This document shows positions 43,784 through 52,434 of a DNA stretch of 52,434 bases, one piece after another (the stretch's first letter is position 1; every line of letters starts with the position of its first letter). The stretch is from positions 1-52,434 of the forward strand of contig JALOAQ010000002.1 of assembly GCA_023228725.1 (NCBI GenBank). Reading direction: 5' to 3'. Below the pieces are notes generated by a model that was not told the DNA's origin, made no database searches, and saw nothing but the letters and a program-made list of their open reading frames with translations. The position numbers were made by a program, and so were the translations under genes. This stretch comes from Bacteroidales bacterium. GTDB lineage: Bacteria; Bacteroidota; Bacteroidia; Bacteroidales; ML635J-15.

Positions 43784-45673
43784 TTAAATTTTTATTCCAA
43801 TAATTAAAATATCATCTGTTTGCTCTGAATTGCCTTTCCATTCTAAGAATTGATTTTTAGAAATATCAGTATTAGTAAAATTTTCTTCTGCCCAAGTTTT
43901 TAATATTTTTCTGAATTTAGGATATTTTAATTTACCTTTTTTGTTATCTCCAAATTGGTCAGGATATCCGTCAGTAGATAAAAAAACAATATCATTTTCT
44001 TTGCAATCTAATTCATACAAACTAAATAATTTATTCTCCTCTTTTCCTATAATAATATTATCGGTTTTGTACTCTAAAATCTCTTTTATACAACTATTAT
44101 AGTGCCAAATTTTTTGTTTTGAACCTGAATAAAAAAGCTTATCATTATTTTTTTGGAGTATAGTAATACTAAGAGACTCTCCTTTCAAATGTTTACTTGT
44201 ACTTAGTTGTTTTAAAAATCTGTTATTTAGTCTGTTAAGTATTTCATTAATTTTTAAATTTTCATTTATTATTTGGTCAATTGCGTTAATAGAAAATATA
44301 GAAAGTAAGGCTCCTGAGCTTCCATGTCCTGTACAATCACCTAGAATATAAATTTCGCTATCAAAATATTCTCTTGTTATAAAAAAATCTCCGCCTACTT
44401 CATCTTTTGGTAAATCTAAAATTAATAAATTATCCGATAGAGCTTTATTTGCAACTAAACTTAATTGTATTTGCTTAGAATATTTTAAATTTTCTCTGAT
44501 TTCTTGATTTTTGATTTCCAGTAAATTATTTAAGCTATTCAGTTTTTTATTTAATAATTTTGATTTTATAAAATAGTTGATTAACAATATAAATAATAAG
44601 CTTATTGAAAGTATTACTATAATTAAAAATTTATTAATTTTGCTTTTATTTTCTAATTCTTTTTTCTTTAATAAATTTTCAACTTCTAGCTTATCTAATT
44701 CATATTTAGTTTTATATTCACTTAAAGTTTGGTTTAACTCATCAGTATATATACTGTCTTTCAGTTGAATATACTTAGTTTGATAATCTATTGCTTTATC
44801 AAAAATTGCTTGTTCACTATATAATTGGAATAATTTTTCGTAAAGATTTAATCTTGACTTTGTATTTTCAGATATCTTAAGTATGCTTTCAGAAACTTTT
44901 GCATATTCTCCTGCCTTAGTATAGTTTTTAAGATTAAGTTCAATTGTAAATAAATTAGTATAAACCTGCAATTTTATTGGTGGATTTTCGTCTTTCATTA
45001 TCTCAAGAGCTTCAAACAGAGTTTGTTTTGCTGATTTAAAATCATTCATACTCATATAAGTAACAGCTATATTATTAAGTATTAAGATAATAGAGTTAAT
45101 TTCAGCATTAGATTTTTTAATATAATCAAAGGACTTTTTATAATAATTTAGTGCTTTTTCAAATTTTTCTTGTGCTAGATATATATTTGCAATATTAGTT
45201 AGGCACATTGCCTGATTTTTTATATTGTTTTGAATTTCAGATTGTTCTAAAGCTTTATGGTAATATTCTAAAGCTAGTTCTAGTTGGTTTAAATATTTAT
45301 AAATAACTCCTAAATCTAAATATATAGAGTGTAATAAATCGGGATCATCAATTTCTGAACTAAGCTCTAATGCCTTATTAAGATTTTCTAAGCTAATATT
45401 CCAATTTCCATTTATTCTTGAAATTTCTGCAAGTTGAACTAAAGCTTTTATAATTTCAGCAGAATTATTTTCTTTTTCGGCATATTTTAATGCTTGATTT
45501 GCATAATATAAATCTTTATTTCCTATAGAATCTTGATATTGTACAGATAAATTCAAATAATAATCAAAATTTATGCTATTACTTGAAGTTAAGTTTGTTT
45601 GAGCTAGTAAACTAAAGTTATAGTTTAGTGTAATACTTAGTAAAAAACATAAAATTTTAAATTTATTTGTCAT
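43784..45673 (-). CDS. TPR-repeat, single-TM, PP2C/SpoIIE-family protein phosphatase
   Basis: Signal sequence, TPR repeats, TM helix [21 protein letters not shown], then a C-terminal GGDFF...[14 protein letters not shown]...STDGYPDQ SpoIIE domain. Confidence 0.75.
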   Translation of the reverse strand: MTNKFKILCFLLSITLNYNFSLLAQTNLTSSNSINFDYYLNLSVQYQDSIGNKDLYYANQALKYAEKENNSAEIIKALVQLAEISRINGNWNISLENLNKALELSSEIDDPDLLHSIYLDLGVIYKYLNQLELALEYYHKALEQSEIQNNIKNQAMCLTNIANIYLAQEKFEKALNYYKKSFDYIKKSNAEINSIILILNNIAVTYMSMNDFKSAKQTLFEALEIMKDENPPIKLQVYTNLFTIELNLKNYTKAGEYAKVSESILKISENTKSRLNLYEKLFQLYSEQAIFDKAIDYQTKYIQLKDSIYTDELNQTLSEYKTKYELDKLEVENLLKKKELENKSKINKFLIIVILSISLLFILLINYFIKSKLLNKKLNSLNNLLEIKNQEIRENLKYSKQIQLSLVANKALSDNLLILDLPKDEVGGDFFITREYFDSEIYILGDCTGHGSSGALLSIFSINAIDQIINENLKINEILNRLNNRFLKQLSTSKHLKGESLSITILQKNNDKLFYSGSKQKIWHYNSCIKEILEYKTDNIIIGKEENKLFSLYELDCKENDIVFLSTDGYPDQFGDNKKGKLKYPKFRKILKTWAEENFTNTDISKNQFLEWKGNSEQTDDILIIGIKI

Positions 45674-45682
45674 GGGTATGAT

Positions 45683-48600
45683 TTATTGAATAAATTTTAG
45701 TTCTACTCTTCTGTTTTTAGCTCTTCCAGCTTCTGTATCGTTTGTTGCTACTGGTTTTGTTGCTCCATATCCTATAGTGTGTAACTTATCTGCTTCGCAA
45801 TTTTCGTTAATTAAAAATTCTTTTACTGCATCTGCTCTTTTTTCTGATAAAATTTGGTTATCTGCATCATTACCTATGTTATCTGTATGCCCACTTATTT
45901 CAACACTTAAATTATTCTTTTTAATTATCTTCGCAACTCGCCTTAATTCTGGTAATGAATATTCTAACAAACTACTTTGAGCAAAATTAAAAAACAAGTT
46001 GTTAATTGGAACGGCTATTTCTTCTTCAATCATTTGTTTAAAAGAGATTATATCAATATTTTCTTCTAATACTACAGGGTCCTTGCTATTTCTAAGGTCT
46101 ATATTTTTTGAAACCGGGAAATAGTCATTACCATCAACATAATAACCGTAAATTTTTCCTAAAGGTAAAACTATAAAAAAGCTACCATCAACGGGGTCGC
46201 TTTTCGATTGTCCAATATTTTTACCTGTACTTAAATCTTCCCATTTTATATCTGCTGAAACGGCTTTTTTTTCTGAGTCTAAAAGTTTTCCTGATACTGT
46301 TGCTACCATATCCGGTCTTAAATGAGTAGGAAGATTAAGCCAATAAATTTTATTTTTCTTTTTATCATTATATTTTGCAAAATAAGCTTTACTACCATCT
46401 GTAGATATAGTGTAGCCCCAGTCGTTTTCTTCTGTATTAATTTCTTTTCCCAAGTTTATTGGCTCTGTCCAGCAATTCCAACAAGTATCTGATAAACGAG
46501 TTGATTTAAAAACATCATACTTGCCCAATCCACCATGTCCGTCTGAGCTAAAATACAAGGTTTTCATATCAGGGTGTAAAAAAGGACTTCTTTCAGAATA
46601 TATTGTGTTTATTGATGGTCCTATATTTATTGGCTCTCCCCAAGTATCGTCTTCACGAAGACTTATGTATATATCAGATGCATAATTATTTGACGCATGA
46701 TAACCTTGTAATCCTATAGCGGTAAAATTAAAGCTACCTGGTCTTTCTGAAGCGAAAATGAGTGCATTTCCATCGCTTGTTAGCATAGCATCGCCCGTCC
46801 AACTACCTTTATTTATATTATCAGGAAAATATTCTAATTCTGTCCATCCATTTTCTGTTTTTTCACAATATCCTATTTTCCCATTTTTAAATTGTATCAT
46901 AGTATTTCCATCGCTACTTAAAGCCATTGGAGCTTCATTAGAATCTCTATATGATAAACCTCTATCTAATTCGGGTTTTGACCAATTATATCCAATAAGT
47001 TTAGAGTAAAATATATCTTCTCCACCTATATTGTCATTTCTTTCTTTACCACAAAAATAAATAATTTTGTTATCAGCTGATATTACTGGTGAATATTCTT
47101 CTCCGTTTACTGAATTAATTGAATAAATTGGATTTATCTTAATTGAGTTATCTAGTTGACTTTTTAAAATTAAAACTAAGTCATTATATTTACTATTATT
47201 TTTAAAAGAATTTTCAAATTCTTTCAATGTTGCTAATGCTATACTCCATCTTTTATTTTTTATATTTTGAGAAATTAATATTTGAAGAGCAACAAAGGAT
47301 AAATCATTTGGTGCAGATTCCAAAATATAATTTTTAAGTTTTTGAATATTTTCTTGTGTTAATTCAATTTCACCGTACTCAGTTCCAGTATAATTAAAAG
47401 TGCAAATTGTTCTATACTTTTGTGGATGGCTAATACTTCCTGTGTATTCTTTAATTTTATTGCCAATTTTTATTCTTATCTTATATTTTGTCGGGTCCTT
47501 ACAGTTCACACCACATCTATGGTTACTATAATGTCTTAAAATAACAGTATATTGACCAATAGGAGCGTTTCCTTCTTGCCAATATATATTTTCAACTGGT
47601 CTTAATGACTCTGGACTTACATTCATATCTACATCTAATTCGCCCCCACTATAAGATTTTCTATGACCATAGTAAATTTCTTCCCCAAAAGGATCAATAC
47701 AATGTAAATCTAAATCATTGTAATTATCCCACATAAGTGAGATTTGAATGGAACCTGATTTGGCTCCTTCTCTGATTAAACGCTGATTTAATTCATCTGA
47801 ATTGTCAAAATGGCTAGCACTTAAATCACCTGTTAAACCAATAGATTCAGCAAACAGAGCTTTTTCTAAATCATCTTCATAAGTATCAATAAGATATAAA
47901 TAATCAAAAAATTTATCAGAAAACATTTTTAAACTTGAAAGCTCTCCATCTTTTGAAATTAAATTATAATAATGAATAATTCCATTTGTATATTGATTGC
48001 CTTTGCTTTTACTCAAACCATACTTAATATATGGCAGATATTTGATTTGACTGCCAATTAAATATAAGCTATCAATAGCATCATTTATAAAACTATTATT
48101 TGGAAAATTTTCTATAAAACTAATATAACTATCTCCGTTATTTTGAGTTGTGATTTCTTCAAATAGCCTTGTTTCAAATAATTGAAAAGCTTCATTTTTC
48201 TGTTTACTGTTTGGATAATTGTTTATAAAGTTTTCATAAGCTGATGAATTATCAATGCTTTTAGCCTTATTAAAAGCCAATTCATCTCTATTAGTTTCTG
48301 CCTCTGTAAATTCCTTAGCATAAGGATAAGTTTTCATAAAATAATTATAAGACTCTATTGTGTTTTCACTACTAGCTATTTGGAAAGCCAATTTATTTCT
48401 ATTTTTTTCTGCAAATTTAAAATGTCGCGAAATTGGATAATTATCCATAAAATATTGATAAGAAGCAATAGTGTTAATTTCCAAAGCCTCATCATAAGCT
48501 AAATTATCTCTATTTTCTATTGCTTGATTTTTATATTTTTGAGGAGCTAATTTAAAATATGTCAAAAACTTATTATAATCCTCAATACTATTATTTTTAC

Positions 48601-48967
48601 TTATGTCTGTTAAAGCATTATACGAAACACTATCAATTTGCTTTGTAATACTTGACGTGTTAATAAGGATTTTCTCTAATTTTTTTCTAGCTTTTTCATC
48701 TTTTAAGTAATAAAAATTTGAATTTGCTTTTATAATATAATCATATGCTTTTTCGCTATTGTATTTATTAAATTTTTTTGAATTATATAAATATGATTTA
48801 GCATAATTAAGCTCAATATCATTTGGCGACTTTTGTAAAGATTTTTCAAGTTTTTTTTCAACTTTTGAATACTTTCCTTTATTTATTTGTTTTATATAAG
48901 AACTTTGACTATTTGACAAATTAGAAAATAATGAAAGTACAAAAATAAATATTATAATTTTTTTCAT
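45683..48967 (-). CDS. Large envelope protein: N-terminal helical repeats, DUF2135-like beta-sandwich, TolB-like beta-propeller, C-terminal OmpA-family peptidoglycan-binding domain
   Basis: Signal peptide, then three ~35-aa repeats (Y.YFM..YP....A...R..LAF). IQISLMWDNYNDLDLHCIDPFGEEIYYG...GGELDVDMN lies at about nt 47500-47770. TolB-like repeats (SPxxSxDGxxxYF). OmpA motif ISGHTDNIGNDADNQILSEKRA...NRRVEL. Confidence 0.7.
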   Translation of the reverse strand: MKKIIIFIFVLSLFSNLSNSQSSYIKQINKGKYSKVEKKLEKSLQKSPNDIELNYAKSYLYNSKKFNKYNSEKAYDYIIKANSNFYYLKDEKARKKLEKILINTSSITKQIDSVSYNALTDISKNNSIEDYNKFLTYFKLAPQKYKNQAIENRDNLAYDEALEINTIASYQYFMDNYPISRHFKFAEKNRNKLAFQIASSENTIESYNYFMKTYPYAKEFTEAETNRDELAFNKAKSIDNSSAYENFINNYPNSKQKNEAFQLFETRLFEEITTQNNGDSYISFIENFPNNSFINDAIDSLYLIGSQIKYLPYIKYGLSKSKGNQYTNGIIHYYNLISKDGELSSLKMFSDKFFDYLYLIDTYEDDLEKALFAESIGLTGDLSASHFDNSDELNQRLIREGAKSGSIQISLMWDNYNDLDLHCIDPFGEEIYYGHRKSYSGGELDVDMNVSPESLRPVENIYWQEGNAPIGQYTVILRHYSNHRCGVNCKDPTKYKIRIKIGNKIKEYTGSISHPQKYRTICTFNYTGTEYGEIELTQENIQKLKNYILESAPNDLSFVALQILISQNIKNKRWSIALATLKEFENSFKNNSKYNDLVLILKSQLDNSIKINPIYSINSVNGEEYSPVISADNKIIYFCGKERNDNIGGEDIFYSKLIGYNWSKPELDRGLSYRDSNEAPMALSSDGNTMIQFKNGKIGYCEKTENGWTELEYFPDNINKGSWTGDAMLTSDGNALIFASERPGSFNFTAIGLQGYHASNNYASDIYISLREDDTWGEPINIGPSINTIYSERSPFLHPDMKTLYFSSDGHGGLGKYDVFKSTRLSDTCWNCWTEPINLGKEINTEENDWGYTISTDGSKAYFAKYNDKKKNKIYWLNLPTHLRPDMVATVSGKLLDSEKKAVSADIKWEDLSTGKNIGQSKSDPVDGSFFIVLPLGKIYGYYVDGNDYFPVSKNIDLRNSKDPVVLEENIDIISFKQMIEEEIAVPINNLFFNFAQSSLLEYSLPELRRVAKIIKKNNLSVEISGHTDNIGNDADNQILSEKRADAVKEFLINENCEADKLHTIGYGATKPVATNDTEAGRAKNRRVELKFIQ

Positions 48968-48980
48968 GGTTTATATATTT

Positions 48981-50654
48981 TTAAATTAATTTCCTATATC
49001 TAATTCTTTGTGGTCCTCGATCTCCTAATCTTTTCTTTTTATTTTCTTCATATTCTGAATAAGAGCCTTCAAAGAATATTACTTGTGAATCTCCTTCAAA
49101 AGCAAGAATATGTGTAGCAACTCTATCTAAAAACCATCTGTCGTGGGTGATAACTACTGCACAACCGGCAAAATTTTCTAAACCTTCTTCTAAAGCACGT
49201 AAGGTATTAACATCTATGTCGTTAGTAGGTTCGTCTAAAAGTAAAACATTAGATTCAGATTTTAATGTTAAAGCTAAATGAAGTCTGTTTCTTTCACCTC
49301 CTGATAAAACTTTACATTTCTTTTCTTGGTCTGCTCCACTAAAATTAAATCTTCCTACATAAGCACGTGCGTTTAATTGTTTGCCGCCTACATTAATAAA
49401 TTCTGAATCGCCTGAAATTACTTGATAAACCGATTTTTCTGGATCTATTTCTGTATGAGTTTGGTCAACATAACCAATTTTAACTGTTTCTCCTATTTCA
49501 AAATTTCCTGAATCCGGTTTAACATGCTCCATTATCATTCTAAAAAGTGTTGTTTTACCTGCTCCATTAGGTCCTATAATTCCAACTATTCCTGCAGGCG
49601 GTAAAGAGAAACTGAAATTTTCAAATAAAAGCTTATCATCAAATGCTTTAGTAAGTTTGTTTGCAACAATTACTTTATCTCCTAATCTTGGTCCATTAGG
49701 AATAAAAATTTCAAGTTTTTCTTCTTTTTGTTTAGTATCTTCGTTCAGCATTTTGTCATAAGCCGAAAGACGAGCTTTTGATTTTGCATGTCTGGCTTTA
49801 GGGCTCATTCTAACCCATTCCAATTCCCTTTCAAGTGTCTTCCTGCGTTTAGATTCTTGCTTCTCTTCCATGGCAAGACGTGCAGTTTTTTGCTCCAACC
49901 ACGAAGAATAATTTCCTTTCCAAGGAATACCTTCTCCTCTATCTAATTCCAAAATCCAGCCTGCAACATTATCCAAAAAATATCTATCATGAGTTACAGC
50001 TATCACAGTTCCTTTATATTGTTGTAAATGTTGTTCTAACCAATGCACAGATTCCGCGTCCAAATGGTATGTTGGCTCGTCTAAAAGTAAAATATCAGGT
50101 TCTCTAAGCAAAAGTCTGCATAAAGCCACACGTCTGCGTTCTCCACCTGATAAATATTCCACCAATTCATCTCCATCTGGACAACGCAAAGCATCCATAG
50201 CTCTTTCTAATTTACTATCCAAATCCCAAGCATTATGTTGGTCAAGAAGTTCAGTTAATTCGCCTTGTCTTTCAATTAATTTATTCATTTCAACGTCTGA
50301 CATTGGTTCGGCAAACTTTTCGTTTACTTCTTCGTATTCTTTAAGCAAAGCAACAACTTCGTGTACTCCTTCCTCCACTATTTCTTTTACAGTTTTGGAA
50401 TTATCAAGTTCAGGTTCTTGCTCTAAATAACCTACAGTATATCCAGGCGAAAATACCACTTCTCCTTCAAAAGATTTATCAAGTCCAGCAATAATTTTCA
50501 ATAAACTTGATTTTCCAGATCCATTTAAACCAATAATTCCAATTTTAGCACCATAAAAAAAAGATAAATAAATATCTTTTAAAATTTGCCTTTGTGGTGG
50601 AACTTTTTTTCCAACCTTTACCATGGAAAATATAATTTTTTTGTCTTCGCTCAT
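48981..50654 (-). CDS. ettA: Energy-dependent translational throttle ABC-F ATPase EttA
   Basis: Two ABC cassettes (GLNGSGKSS / LSGGERRRVAL and GPNGAGKTT / LSGGERNRLHL), an inter-domain linker, about 557 aa. Confidence 0.9.
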   Translation of the reverse strand: MSEDKKIIFSMVKVGKKVPPQRQILKDIYLSFFYGAKIGIIGLNGSGKSSLLKIIAGLDKSFEGEVVFSPGYTVGYLEQEPELDNSKTVKEIVEEGVHEVVALLKEYEEVNEKFAEPMSDVEMNKLIERQGELTELLDQHNAWDLDSKLERAMDALRCPDGDELVEYLSGGERRRVALCRLLLREPDILLLDEPTYHLDAESVHWLEQHLQQYKGTVIAVTHDRYFLDNVAGWILELDRGEGIPWKGNYSSWLEQKTARLAMEEKQESKRRKTLERELEWVRMSPKARHAKSKARLSAYDKMLNEDTKQKEEKLEIFIPNGPRLGDKVIVANKLTKAFDDKLLFENFSFSLPPAGIVGIIGPNGAGKTTLFRMIMEHVKPDSGNFEIGETVKIGYVDQTHTEIDPEKSVYQVISGDSEFINVGGKQLNARAYVGRFNFSGADQEKKCKVLSGGERNRLHLALTLKSESNVLLLDEPTNDIDVNTLRALEEGLENFAGCAVVITHDRWFLDRVATHILAFEGDSQVIFFEGSYSEYEENKKKRLGDRGPQRIRYRKLI

Positions 50655-50684
50655 AATATAAATAGATTAAATTTTGTTGAAAAG

Positions 50685-50692
50685 CAAACTTA
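50685..50692 (-). promoter_or_regulatory. -7 promoter box TAAGTTTG (minus strand) for ettA
   Basis: The reverse complement of CAAACTTA matches TAnnTTTG, about 30 nt upstream of the ettA ATG. Confidence 0.45.
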
Positions 50693-50819
50693 GTAAAAAA
50701 ATATATTTTAATGCTTGTTTTAATGATTTATTTTAGTTTTTAATATTATTTAAAATTTAGAAAAAAAAATTGATGAAAAGATGAGAATATTGGCATAAAT
50801 CATTTAAAAATATAATACT

Positions 50820-50918
50820 AAAGTCAATTCATTACAAAAATCAACACTTTTTGGTTCAGTTTCATTACAAGAAACGATGCTTTATGGTTCAGTTTCATTA
50901 CAAATGATTATCTTTGTA
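50820..50918 (+). repeat. 33-bp tandem repeat, three units (two share an exact 18-mer GGTTCAGTTTCATTACAA, the third is degenerate)
   Basis: TTCATTACAA occurs at 50828, 50861 and 50894, an exact 33-bp period. The last unit contains a TATCTTTG -7 box (50909-50916) and the hairpin ATTACAAA/TTTGTAAT. Confidence 0.6.
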
Positions 50919-50939
50919 ATCATTAAATAGTCATTTATT

Positions 50940-51053
50940 ATGTTTAGTAGAGAGTTGCTTAAGAATTTAGAACAGTGGTCTGAGAGAAAAGGTAGAAAAC
51001 CTAAATGGAATAGACGAATAATACATAATTTTGCTAAGATACAGGAATTGTAA
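50940..51053 (+). pseudogene. 37-codon remnant resembling the N-terminus of a DUF4143/COG1373-type AAA+ ATPase
   Basis: MFSRELLKNLEQWSERKGRKP matches the usual start (M..R.L...L..W......RKP) of these ATPases. It diverges and stops before the Walker A motif. Confidence 0.35.
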
Positions 51054-51278
51054 ACTATGTTGCAATAGTTAATTTTTTTTCTATTCAATTAGGTATATAC
51101 TACAAATGGAAAAATTTCAACTACAAAATTTTACTTTATATTATGTTTGTGTCTAAGAGAAAGCGTTGAATAAATATGTGTGATTGCTGGAAAAAGCGTG
51201 GTAAGAAGTTTTTTTTATATAAATAATTAAATTATAAAATAAATAAGATAAATGTTTGTTTTATTGTTTTATTTATTT

Positions 51279-51286
51279 TACTTTTG
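51279..51286 (+). promoter_or_regulatory. -7 promoter box TACTTTTG upstream of the cas10-like gene
   Basis: Exact TAnnTTTG match about 130 nt upstream of the ATG at 51418. Confidence 0.35.
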
Positions 51287-51417
51287 GGGATTGCTATAAT
51301 TCAAAATTTTTTTATTTATTATTTTTGGATTAGTAGCAGGAAATGGGGGGGGATTTTAAAATTTTAATTAATGAATGGAGATGATTTATCTAATAAATAA
51401 TAGAAATAAAAGTAAAA

Positions 51418-52434
51418 ATGCTTATGGGAGATAATTTAGAACTATTTTTAAAGTGTGACATTTCGGGTATTCAATCCTTTATTTTTAATGTACCAAGTAA
51501 AGGTGCGGCAAGAGCGCTTAAAAGTCGCTCGATTTATGTTGAAGATATTTCCAAATTTTGTTTAAATGAACTTAATGACTTTTTCAAAGGAGAAGAAATA
51601 GAAGAACTTTACAATGGAGGAGGAAACTTTTATTTGGATATATCAACTCAGAAGAGCAAAAAGGAAATTGAAAATAAAATTGAAAGTATCCAAAATCTTT
51701 ATTTAGAAAGTGATATTTTTCCTTATATATCCTTTGTAGAAAAAAGCAATGAAGAAATAGGTTATTTGCTTAAAGAAATTAATCGAACGGTGCAGAAGAA
51801 AAAAATGCAACGACCAATTAGTTATGATTTAATTGATGCTACACCTATTTCGGTACCTGATTTTAATATTAATGAGATTAAAGGCATTAATGGGCAAGTT
51901 CCTAGAGGTGACTTTAGTTGGATAGCCGAAAATGCAGTTGGTGATAAAAAACTTGCAGCTATTAAACTTGATGTAGATAATCTAGGTTCGCTTTTTATGG
52001 ACTTATCCAAAGCAAATTATCAAAAATTATCAAAAGCTATAAAAGATTTTTTTGATGCTAAGCTTTTAGATTTGATTAGTAAGTTAAAAATGCAAAATAA
52101 TATTTATGTTGTGTTTTCAGGTGGTGATGATTGTTTTATGATTGGAAGTTGGAATCATATTTTTGATTTAGCAATTCAGTTACGTAAGGAATTTTCAACA
52201 TTTCAAGAAAAAGTCAAAAATGAAATTTCATCCCTACCACAGGAACCAGTTACGTTTTCTGCTGGGATTGTAGTTTTCACTCCTCATTATCCCTTATTGC
52301 AAGTGTCTGAAGAGGCTGAAAGCTCTTTATCTAAAAGTAAAATGGTTGAAGGAAAGAATAGTGTAACTATATTTGGGAAAACTCTAAATTGGAATGAATT
52401 TGAAAAAGCACAAAAAGTTAGTAAAACTTTATCC
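51418..52434 (+). CDS. cas10: Cas10-like (Csm1/Cmr2 family) Palm/cyclase protein lacking an HD domain, 3'-partial (runs off the window)
   Basis: Own translation gives MLMGDNLELFLKCDISGIQSFIFNVPSKGAARALKSRSIYVED...YNGGGNFYL...AAIKLDVDNLGSLF...YVVFSGGDDCFMIGSW...FSAGIVVFTPHYPL...GKNSVTIFGKTLNWNEF. This is 339 codons in frame with no stop up to position 52434. Confidence 0.8.
   Translation, partial: MLMGDNLELFLKCDISGIQSFIFNVPSKGAARALKSRSIYVEDISKFCLNELNDFFKGEEIEELYNGGGNFYLDISTQKSKKEIENKIESIQNLYLESDIFPYISFVEKSNEEIGYLLKEINRTVQKKKMQRPISYDLIDATPISVPDFNINEIKGINGQVPRGDFSWIAENAVGDKKLAAIKLDVDNLGSLFMDLSKANYQKLSKAIKDFFDAKLLDLISKLKMQNNIYVVFSGGDDCFMIGSWNHIFDLAIQLRKEFSTFQEKVKNEISSLPQEPVTFSAGIVVFTPHYPLLQVSEEAESSLSKSKMVEGKNSVTIFGKTLNWNEFEKAQKVSKTLS

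Noticed and set aside
1619-50107. Track ORFs nested on the opposite strand or in another frame of well-supported genes: 1619-1900, 3689-4054, 4283-4477, 7545-7745, 11613-11885, 11710-11913, 11827-12105, 12199-12576, 14044-14334, 18527-18760, 18992-19186, 20754-20969, 21904-22191, 26372-26563, 26883-27338, 28367-28717, 30599-30796, 35055-35285, 36582-36809, 41101-41388, 42959-43192, 43540-43722, 44577-44768, 45777-45980, 46758-47009, 49880-50107
   Set aside because: Each lies wholly or largely inside a longer ORF with clear family motifs. Their translations are low-complexity (rich in S/L/F/I/K, typical of antisense reading of AT-rich genes) and show no motifs, signal peptides or promoter boxes.
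50820-50918. Possible CRISPR array next to the Cas10-like gene
   Set aside because: There are only three units with a 33-bp total period (an 18-bp conserved part and a 15-bp variable part). That is far shorter than any repeat-plus-spacer unit. The variable parts are themselves related, so this is a degenerate tandem duplication and not an array.
50882-51088. 68-aa minus-strand ORF in the ettA-cas10 spacer
   Set aside because: It is antisense to the ATPase-like stub and the tandem repeat, with no promoter box or recognisable motif. The plus-strand stub has a promoter box and a family-like N-terminus, so the minus-strand ORF is probably noise.
51822-52010. 62-aa minus-strand ORF inside the Cas10-like gene
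   Set aside because: It is antisense to a reading frame carrying a full ordered set of Cas10 motifs, and its composition is low-complexity.

Overview
AT-rich chromosomal segment (roughly 30% G+C by eye) with Bacteroidota hallmarks: a T9SS C-terminal sorting domain, TAnnTTTG -7 promoter boxes just upstream of genes, TPR/LuxR and TPR/SpoIIE regulators, and MORN-variant and OmpA/TolB-like envelope proteins. There are about 45 credible genes, mostly housekeeping: tRNA-Leu, tig, adk, ileS, a dksA-like gene, rfbB, nadA, birA, queD, an ispB-like gene, deoC, dtd, ade, mnmG and ettA. Four parts are accessory or unusual. (i) 19.98-24.5 kb holds a ~1500-aa BNR/LamG/PKD/T9SS surface protein broken by one -1 frameshift and one in-frame TGA that replaces a conserved Trp. 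(ii) 24.5-30.6 kb is an island with a hypothetical gene, a two-gene cassette (putative beta-barrel plus a signal-peptide-bearing WD40-caspase protein), IS debris flanked by a hairpin element repeated three times, several palindromes, and a 0.6-kb AT-rich tract with five exact ATTAACAA boxes. (iii) 34.5-37.3 kb is a single-gene type IIG restriction-modification insertion. (iv) At the right edge, a gene running off the window (51418 to beyond 52434, absent from the ORF track because it has no stop) encodes an HD-less, compact Cas10-like GGDD cyclase, with no CRISPR array or other cas gene in the 760 bp upstream. The best candidates for something new are (iv) and the beta-barrel/WD40-caspase cassette. 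Neither can be resolved without homology searches, and (iv) also needs the sequence beyond the window. No rRNA, no CRISPR array and no intact mobile element were seen. All family assignments come from motif recognition by eye, not database searches.
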